From Octopus vulgaris (taxonomy: Eukaryota), in assembly GCA_951406725.2 (NCBI GenBank), contig OX597824.1, forward strand, positions 42,098,001-42,162,000: DNA of 64,000 bases, given 5' to 3'. Shown here in pieces: positions 54,346-64,000 of this stretch. The notes below the pieces were generated by a model. It was not told the DNA's origin, did not search any database, and saw only the letters and a program-made list of their open reading frames with translations. A program made the translations under genes and the position numbers. The stretch's first letter is position 1; the number at the start of each line of letters is the position of its first letter.

Positions 54346-54956
54346 GCCTTTTGCTATGTGTATGTGACAACATGGATACCAAATTCTATGAAAATATATT
54401 GGGTTTAATAAAATATATTTTTGTTTTCCTTATTTTAAGATTTTGTTCGCAAACGCACACGGTGTTTAAATTTAATGTCACAGGAGTATGAGTTAATGGA
54501 AGTGCTGTCTTTCTAGATGGTACTGGATGTCAGCAGTATCTAAGCATTATCTTCGGGCTTGTGTTCCGAATGGATGGAGCAGCAAGACTTTTGCAGACAT
54601 TCTTATGGGAACACTCCGTCCGTCTGCGTAAGTACGAGACTGGAATGACATCAAAGAAGCACGCTAGAGTTGTGCGGGTGCAACCGGAAGTAGAGATGTA
54701 TGTGTGCGTTCCTACGTGTGTGCGTGTGTGTGCGCGCGCGTGTGTGTAAAAACCCTACTGGTCTATCAAATGCACAAATATGAACTTGGACAAATAACTT
54801 TTTAAGTCAGTCAGTAGGGATAGTGTAGAGGTGCCTACAATTTCAGCTAGTCAGCTACAGCTTTTTGACCTGAAGTATCTATATATTTTTTATATTTACT
54901 ACGGTTTGCTTAAAGCTAACTTTCTTCCTATACCTCGATCCTTGGGTCTTATCTTT

Positions 54957-55002
<46 letters not shown>

Positions 55003-55004
55003 TC

Positions 55005-55270
55005 GGTCATGAAAGTTACCTTCCGAGGTACAAGTACGGGGAAAGGTTGTTTATAGAAGCCCAGCAGTGGCTCATGCATACCAGCCTTCCCACCTTACAC
55101 GCCACCGGTGTTATCCAAGTGACATCGCAACTCATTTCTACAGCTGAGTGAACTGGAGCAACGTGAAATAAAGTATCTTGCTCAAGAACACAACGCACAG
55201 CCCGGTCCTGGAATTGAACTCACTACCTCATGACTGTGAGCCCGACATTCTAACCACTCAGCCATGCACC
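55005..55270 (-). mobile_element. SINE family C variant
   Basis: CAGCTGAGTGAACTGGAGCAACGTGAAATAAAGTATCTTGCTCAAGAACACAACGC...CTAACCACTCAGCCATGCACC. Confidence 0.8.
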
Positions 55271-56948
55271 TCCAGACCCACATCATATATATATATATGT
55301 ATATACATGCATACCTACTTACCTACATACAAACATACAAACTTACATAGATACATACATGCATACATGCATACATACATACATACATACATACATACAT
55401 ACATACATACATACATACATACATACATACATACATACATACATACATACATACATGTCTCTGTATCTCTGTTAGAGACCTACTCCTTCTTCAGAGGAAG
55501 AATTTAATTAAAAAACGAAAGAGAACATATATAAAGTCGAATTTATGTAAACACCTACGGCTTCTGTCATTTCTCCTTGTCATATCCTTTCATCCGTCGT
55601 CCTTGCAGCAAATAAAGCAATTCACCAATAATGTAGCCGAAGATTAGGTCTTTGGATTGTCATGTTATTCATTTCTAGCGATAACGTATGTTAATTCCCT
55701 ACAGGCATTCCTTTTAAGAGGCTAAAATTTCCATTAGTTTTGTCATCAGAAATAGACAAACATAGCATGTTATGAAACCATCTCGTTTTTAACTTAACAA
55801 CAGTAGCGACATCTAGCGATGCGGAAACACTTGGTATAAATAAATAAATAAATAAATAAATAATCGATGGGTAAGTGGAAGATGTTGAAACCAAAGTTTG
55901 TGATTGTGGTGAAGATGATGATGGCGGTGGTGTTGTTGTTGTTGGTGGTGGTAGTGGTTGTGGTGTTGGTAGTGATGTTGGTGGTGGTGCAGGTGGTGAT
56001 GGTGGTGGTGGAACTTGTGATGGTCGTTGTTATTGTGGCAGTAGTGTTTAGTAGTGTTGCCAATTCTGCAGACGGTGCCGATAGTGGGGTAGGGATTGTC
56101 GAGATGGCGATGGAGGTAATGGTGGTGATGTGGGGGGTAATGATGGTGATGATGATGGTAATTACGGTGGTAATGGCGGTAGCGGGAGCGGCGGTGGTGG
56201 TGGTGACGGCTTTGGTGGCGACGGTGGCAGCGGTGGCGGTGGTGGCGGTGGGTGTGACGGTGCGGTCGGTGGCGGCGGCGATGATTGGAAGTGCGAGATG
56301 ATGATGGTGTCGGTGTCAGGTTGAGGTTATGGCGGTGGTGGTGTTGGTGATGAAGGCGTGGTGTCGCTGGTTGTGTTAGCGATGGTGATGGTGATAGTGG
56401 TGGTGGTTGTGGTGGAATGGGTGCTGTTGTTACATGGACGGGGCTGGATAGAGGCTGCATAACTCTGCTGACAATTCGTGCGTGATAATATGCAGCGACT
56501 TGCACGGTTAGTTGCACTGCACCTTGAAAGTAAAACATATTACGAAATATTCACACAGACACTCACAGACACACACACACACAGACATACACACTCATTG
56601 ACACGCACACACATACACACACACATACATACACAAACACGCACAAATACACAAATGCACACGCAAACAGTGACACACATTTACAAACATTTATACATAC
56701 ACACAATGAGACCACGCAATTACACACACACACACACACACACATAAGCACACAAACACAAGAGCACACGTATACACACTGTTACATACGCCTACTGATA
56801 CACACACGCACACATAAGCACACAAGCAACTAATACATGCACATACTGACACATACGTACAGACGCACACATACTGATACACGCGTACATAGATACTCAG
56901 TGAAACGTGTGCCTTATACATACGCTTAGTGAGGAGCATACACAAGCA

Positions 56949-57022
<74 letters not shown>

Positions 57023-57249
57023 CATACAGATAGCTAGATAGATAGATACGAACAGACGAGATCATTCATACATATGCATACTGGTACACGCATACGCAGA
57101 GATGCTCAGACTCGCTTACGTAGATACATACTCACACACTCAATCACACACGCACACGCACAAGCACACATGCATACACACGTACACACACACACACATT
57201 GTTACATGATGGTGCAATCACGACAGTTTTTACAAAGATAATAGTATAC

Positions 57250-57920
<671 letters not shown>

Positions 57921-57921
57921 G

Positions 57922-58260
57922 TCAGTGAGCTGGAAGTAACGTTAGCGCGCCGGACGAAATGCTTAGCGGTATTTCATCTGCCGTTACGTTCTGAGTTCAA
58001 ATTCTGTCGAGGTCGACTTTGCCTTTCATCCTTTCGGGGTCGATAAATTAAGTACCAGTTTACTCACTGGGGTCGATATAATCGACTTAATCCGTTTGTC
58101 TGTCCTTGTTTGTCCTCTCTGTGTTTAGACCCTTGTGGGTAGTAAAGAAATAGGTATTTCGTCTGCCGCTACGTTCTGAATTCAAATTCCGCCGAGGTCG
58201 ACTTTGCCTTTCATTCTTTCGCGGTCAATAAATTAAGTACCAGTTGAGTACTGGAGTCGA
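57922..58260 (+). mobile_element. SINE family B, dimeric-body variant
   Basis: GTGAGCTGG...GTTAGCGCGCCGGACGAAATGCTTAGCGGTATTTC, then a body repeat after TTGTGGGTAGTAAAGAAATAGG. Confidence 0.85.
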
Positions 58261-58289
58261 GGAAGGGCAGCATGCGCAGGGTGGTGGCG

Positions 58290-58313
58290 GTGATGATAAT
58301 GATGATGATGTGA

Positions 58314-58345
<32 letters not shown>

Positions 58346-58569
58346 ATTCATGATGACGATGATGACGATGATGATGTTGATGATGACGATGTTGACGATG
58401 ATGATGAAGGTGATGCTTGTGGTAGTTGAGGTGGCAACAGTGATGATGCAATAATGTTTATGACAATGATGATGATAATGATGATGATCGTGATGATAAC
58501 GGCGAACGACCACGACATTGACGACAATGGCAAAAGTAACAATGACGATGATGATGATGACGACGACGT

Positions 58570-58618
<49 letters not shown>

Positions 58619-59313
58619 AAGGAGGAGGAGGAAGTTGATCAGGATGGTGGTGGTTGTGGTGGTGGTGTTAGTGCTGGTGGTGGTAGTGCTGGTGGTGGTA
58701 GTGCTGGTGATGATGATAGTTATCGTCATCATGCCAACAGTTAAGTTCATGACAACGATGATGATGATAACAACGAATGAAATCGACGCCTACGTCAACG
58801 ACAACGAAGACGTCGACAGCGCTACTGCTGCTGCTGCTGCTACTACTACTGCTGTTATGGCCGATGAGATTGACACTCATAATTCTCATCATTGGCGGAT
58901 AATCTCCGATAGCATTCAGATGATAATGGTGACAATATTGCTGCTGATGAAGCTGATGACTGAAATATTAATATAGAGAGAGTGGGGTTTGGAAGTATGG
59001 TGGTTGGCAGCGAGATATAAAAGAGGGGGGCAGTGGCGGCGGTAGGAGACGGTGGCACCGGCAGCAGTAGTAGTGTTGTTGGTGGTGGCGGTGGTGTTGG
59101 GCGGTGAACGAATTACAAATCCGGACAAATACTGTAAAACTATGTTATACATCAGATTTAATAGAAATCATAATATAGAAACTGCATCAAAGGAATTAAG
59201 CAAATGACAAAATATTTAGGGGGATTTATTTCGTAATATGCGCAGGGATTGCTGTGGCGGGTTGGAAACGGTGCAGGTTATTAATATCTCCAGCATCGGC
59301 GACGACGTCGACT

Positions 59314-59378
<65 letters not shown>

Positions 59379-59878
59379 GTCATCTCGTCCTCCTCATCAT
59401 AATCCTCAGCATTATCGTTGTAACTTTCATCGGCAGCGTCGGTGTCAGCCACATCAGCATTATCATTTATTACCATCGTCATTTCGACGTCATCGACTTC
59501 ATCATCACCACATCCACCGTCTTTATCATCATCATCGTCATTGTCGTCGTCGTCGTCGTCATCGTCGTCGTCGTCATCGTTATCTTCATCGTCGTCATCA
59601 TCATCACCGTCATCGTCATAGTCGTTATCGTTGCTATATTCATCATTCTCATCACCATCATCACATTATCGTCATCGGGTCGTCATCATCGTCATCATCA
59701 TCCTCATCATAATCATCTTCCTCCTCCTCCTCCACCTCCTCCTCCTCATCATCATCATCACCATCCATATCACCAGATCTACCACTTCCACTCTCGTGAT
59801 GATCATCATCATCGTTATCATCATCATCATCATCATCACCATCATCATCATTATCATCATCATCATCATCATCACCAC

Positions 59879-59950
<72 letters not shown>
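58290..59950. repeat. Extended (GAT)/(TCA)/(GGT) low-complexity region with unique islands
   Basis: Direct reading. Confidence 0.85.
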
Positions 59951-60269
59951 TGTTGTGATTTATATATCGTCGTGGTTATTATCTTGACTCTCTTAGTCTC
60001 TGCTTTTTACTTTGTTGTTCTTGTTTACCTCAGCCATCTCTTTCATTCTTCTTAATGCTTGACATTCTAACTTCATTCATATAAACATACTTTAAAATAA
60101 AACATGTGCTAAGGTCCATTGATTCAATTAAAAATTCTTCAAGGCTTTGCCCCACCATGATCGCATTCTAATGATTGAAAGAAGTAAAAGATAAAAGATA
60201 AAAGATATAAATATATGAAACGTTTTGACTAAGCACAAAACAAAGAGGAACTCAATATATGGTATAACG

Positions 60270-60665
60270 GGAATGGCTGTGTGGTAAGTAGCATGCTTAC
60301 CGACCACATGGTTTCGGGTTCAGTCCCACTACGTGGCACCTCGAGCAAGTGTCTTCTACTATAGCCTCGGGCCGACCAAAGCCTTGTGAGTGGATTTGGT
60401 AGATGGAAACTGAAAGAAGCCCGTCGTATATATATGGGGGGGGGGTGATGTTTGTCAGTGTTTGTCCCCCCACTATCGCTTGACAACTGATGTTAGTGTG
60501 TTTACGTCCCCGTAACTTAGCGTTTCGGCAAAAGGGAACGATAGAACAAGTACTAGGTTTTACAAAGAATAATTCCTGGAGTCGATTTGTTCGATTAAAG
60601 GCGGTGCTCCAGCATGGCCGCAGTCAAATGACTGAAGCAAACAAAAGAGTAAAAGAATAAAAGAT
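60270..60665 (+). mobile_element. SINE family A, full length
   Basis: GGAATGGCTGTGTGGTAAGTAGC...GGTTCAGTCCCAC...GCTCCAGCATGGCCGCAGTCAAATGACTGAA, (AAAAGAGT)-type tail. Confidence 0.9.
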
Positions 60666-60774
60666 TTATTTACGTATTTACTCAAACTGCGATTTTGTTC
60701 GCTATCCGAGTTTCATGTTCTGGAGTATGTATGTGTAGGAATTATTGAACTGAAGTACATACATATATATTTTA

Positions 60775-61000
60775 TCTTTTATTTTTCTTATTATTTCAAT
60801 CATTAGAATGCGGCCATGCTGGGGCACCAGCCTGAAGGATTTTTAGTCGAACGCATTCACCCCAGTACTTATTTTATTTTAAAGCCTGGTACTTATTTTA
60901 TCGGTGTCGTTTGCCGAATCGCTATGTTACGAGAACAAACACAGCAGCACCGGTCAAACTGTGATGGGAAGACAAACACAGACACAAAGACACACACAGA
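60775..61000 (-). mobile_element. SINE family A, 3' half
   Basis: GCGGCCATGCTGGGGCACC...GCCGAATCGCTA...GACAAACACAGACAC. Confidence 0.75.
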
Positions 61001-61059
<59 letters not shown>

Positions 61060-61214
61060 CCGGTGCAGATAGGTTTATGTTCTCGTAATTTAGCGATTCG
61101 GCAAAGTGACCGATAGAATAAGTGCGAACAGTGTATTTGCATCGTGGAGTTGTTCTGCGTCATGGGTATTTATTGTTTTCGTATTTATATACATTGATTG
61201 GATTATATTACACT

Positions 61215-61601
61215 GAAGAAGGAAAAAGGGTTTACCCCTTAATCTTGAAATCTTGGTCTTCTCTTTCCACTGATTATAATCCAGAGGATTACTCTGTGTG
61301 GAGCGTGGTTAAGAAAGACACCAACCGCTCGGCTTGCAGTACCAAGGCTGAGCTGATGGTCAAGGTCGAGGAGTTATTCGAATATCATCCCAGTAATACA
61401 GTGAGAAACGCTTCCACCGCGGCCTCAAGACGCCAGAGCTGTCTAGAAGCCGTGGCGGAAGCTAAGGGCGGCTACTTTGAGTAAAATGTTATCTTCGAGC
61501 CATAATCTAGTTGATATTTTTTCATTTTTGTAAGATACGTTTATTTTTGGACTGGATATTTTCCTTTTATGCAGACTGTCAAATTCTACCGGAACACCCT
61601 G
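61215..61601 (+). mobile_element. maT-like transposon 3' fragment with right TIR
   Basis: WSSLSTDYNPEDYSVWSVV...TN...LEAVAEAKGGYFE* (stop at 61484). Ends GGAACACCCTG followed by TA. Confidence 0.8.
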
Positions 61602-63057
61602 TAGTCAACATGACTAGATCACGTTGCATAAAGAACCTATGGAGACATCAGAAACAATTATTAGCAACTATGCGAATGGAAAATACCTACATGCAGGAGT
61701 AAATTCGGGATTATGTTAGAAAGTGAAAGTAAAAAGAAACGATGTAAGCGCATGGCACGATTGCAATAAGTTTCAGAGCATAACGAATGTCGACGCTATT
61801 CTTAAGTTTTATGTAGCAATCAGCTTTAGAAAAACACCGAATGAAACAAAACTTATATTTAAACTAAATAAAAAAAAAAAGAACCAAAACTGCAGGTACA
61901 TTTAATCACTCATTCTGAAGTCATACCTCTCTCTATAATAATAACTGGTGAATTTGTGAAACTGCAATTTGTAAAACTGCAAAAGTAGAGACTTAAATAA
62001 GTACATGTGGTGTCTAAAAGACCAGAGCAAAAGTGTATATGTGTGTAGGGCTACCGTTGAGCAATGTTGATGATGCATCTGCATAAGTATATTAAAGCAT
62101 GTGGAAGATTTTTAAGTGAGGAAGCTCATACATTCAAGGCTTCACTCTGCTCGCCACCTACGTTTATATAACAGAAACACCGCTGACTTTGGCCGACAGA
62201 GCTTGGTAGTCTCGTCGAAAGCTTTTCTATCAGAATGCGTGGAGCTGGAACAAACACCGCAAAGCATCCCTCCAGACACCCTTGTTGTCCCGCTAATCCA
62301 CTGCCCTGGATTGAAACTAAAGACACGACCACAATCTACACGTGTGAAACTTCTCGTAGTATACACGAGATAACTGAGGTGTATAAATATGGGTACGATA
62401 ACAAAACACCAGCATCCATGATCTATCAACATACTCTGGATGAATATGACAGTTCATTATATAATACTGGATTAGAAATATGATCTACACCCTCACTGGA
62501 GCCGACACTCTGACAAATTACAGATTCCGTGTACATACACGAGGCTAGATACAACATTTATTGGGAAAACGATTAGAACAATAATAATAATAATATCAAG
62601 AATGATACATAATATTATAGAATATAATCTATAGCCTCAGTTGGGTGGTAATACAATTAATCGAGTGAAAGATAAGTTAATATTTCCACATTTAATGATT
62701 AAACAGAATTATGCTAGATTGACTAACAGACAATAGTGACAACCGTTTATACACACACGCACAACATACTCCCACAAATACCATAAACTATCTACTGATG
62801 ATACCATAAATTAAATTCAATTCAGGTAACAGACACACCTATAACAATCGTAACTTATCTACTGATTGTACTGCAATAAATAAAATACGGTTCAGTTGAC
62901 TGAATAATATAAACGAAATAGAACTATAACAAGAGAAAAACAACCTATGCACACACACACACAAACACACACAAATACAATCATCACCATATAGACAAAT
63001 GACTACTTTTACGATATGCACCACAAATACACAAAAACAGATACACATTAAACATGC

Positions 63058-63136
<79 letters not shown>

Positions 63137-63301
63137 CTAGTTACATATATGCATTCAACAATTCATAGTTATAACAAAGAGTTAAGGAAACTCATTGGAA
63201 AGATAACATGTACATGTACATGACCTCGACAAATCAATTAAGAAGTGAGGTACAGCCAGTGCGGTTGTTATAATTTCCAAAATACAGCAATATAAACATG
63301 C

Positions 63302-63344
<43 letters not shown>

Positions 63345-63364
63345 CAGGAGCATACACACATATA

Positions 63365-63440
<76 letters not shown>

Positions 63441-63453
63441 GTCTGCCTGTCTG

Positions 63454-63576
<123 letters not shown>

Positions 63577-63634
63577 CATACAGAGAAGGAGAAAGAGAGA
63601 GAGAGAAAGAGAAAGAGAAAGACAGACAAACAGT

Positions 63635-63677
<43 letters not shown>

Positions 63678-64000
63678 TCAATCAAATAGCGTTAACTGTG
63701 AACAATACTAGGATTTACTTTTTCCTAATTGATTTGTTGTGTATATGTATGTGTGCATGTGTGTGTGTATATATATATGTATGTGTGCATGTGTGTGTGT
63801 ATATATATATGCATGTTTGTGTGTGTATACTTGTGTGTGCGCGTGCGCGCGCGTGTGTATGTGTATGTACCAGGCACACGTATCGCTTGATTTTTAACAT
63901 CTCTATTATGTGTTGCATACTATCGCTATCCGCGGTCAAGAACAGAAAAAGCACTCAATGAAAAATCCTCTGATGGAACAAAAACTTGTGCCAGCCTGAG

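Noticed and set aside
62116-62483. Overlapping non-repetitive ORFs of 68-96 aa
   Set aside because: No recognisable domain or splice context. Lengths are compatible with chance or a decayed repeat.

Overview
AT-rich, microsatellite-saturated eukaryotic DNA with no credible host protein-coding exon. Almost all ORFs in the supplied track are translations of simple repeats. The repeat landscape most resembles an octopus (coleoid cephalopod) intron or gene desert; this is an inference from the SINE families and the (TA)n/(CA)n/(TATC)n/(TAA)n/(TCA)n load. Recognisable content: three tRNA-headed SINE families in many copies; R4/Dong-like non-LTR fragments (one RT piece and two restriction-like-endonuclease 3' ends abutting (TAA)n); four Tc1/mariner-superfamily relics (a near-full-length mariner, an internally deleted DD41D element, two maT-like pieces); hAT- and piggyBac-type MITEs; and a Penelope-like GIY-YIG endonuclease fragment. 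The main finding is a population of short non-coding elements, mostly in or beside (TA)n or other microsatellite tracts, that are inverted-repeat or partial-tandem structures carrying type I hammerhead-ribozyme motifs (stem I-CTGANGA-stem II-GAAA-short, usually palindromic stem III-TH-stem I). About a dozen such motifs were found by eye in 64 kb, several with unusually long stem II inserts, and several of the elements share a GCTAGAAATAG-like terminal motif. They look like non-autonomous Penelope (Naiad-like) pseudo-LTR derivatives. All alignments and folds were done by eye and need computational confirmation.
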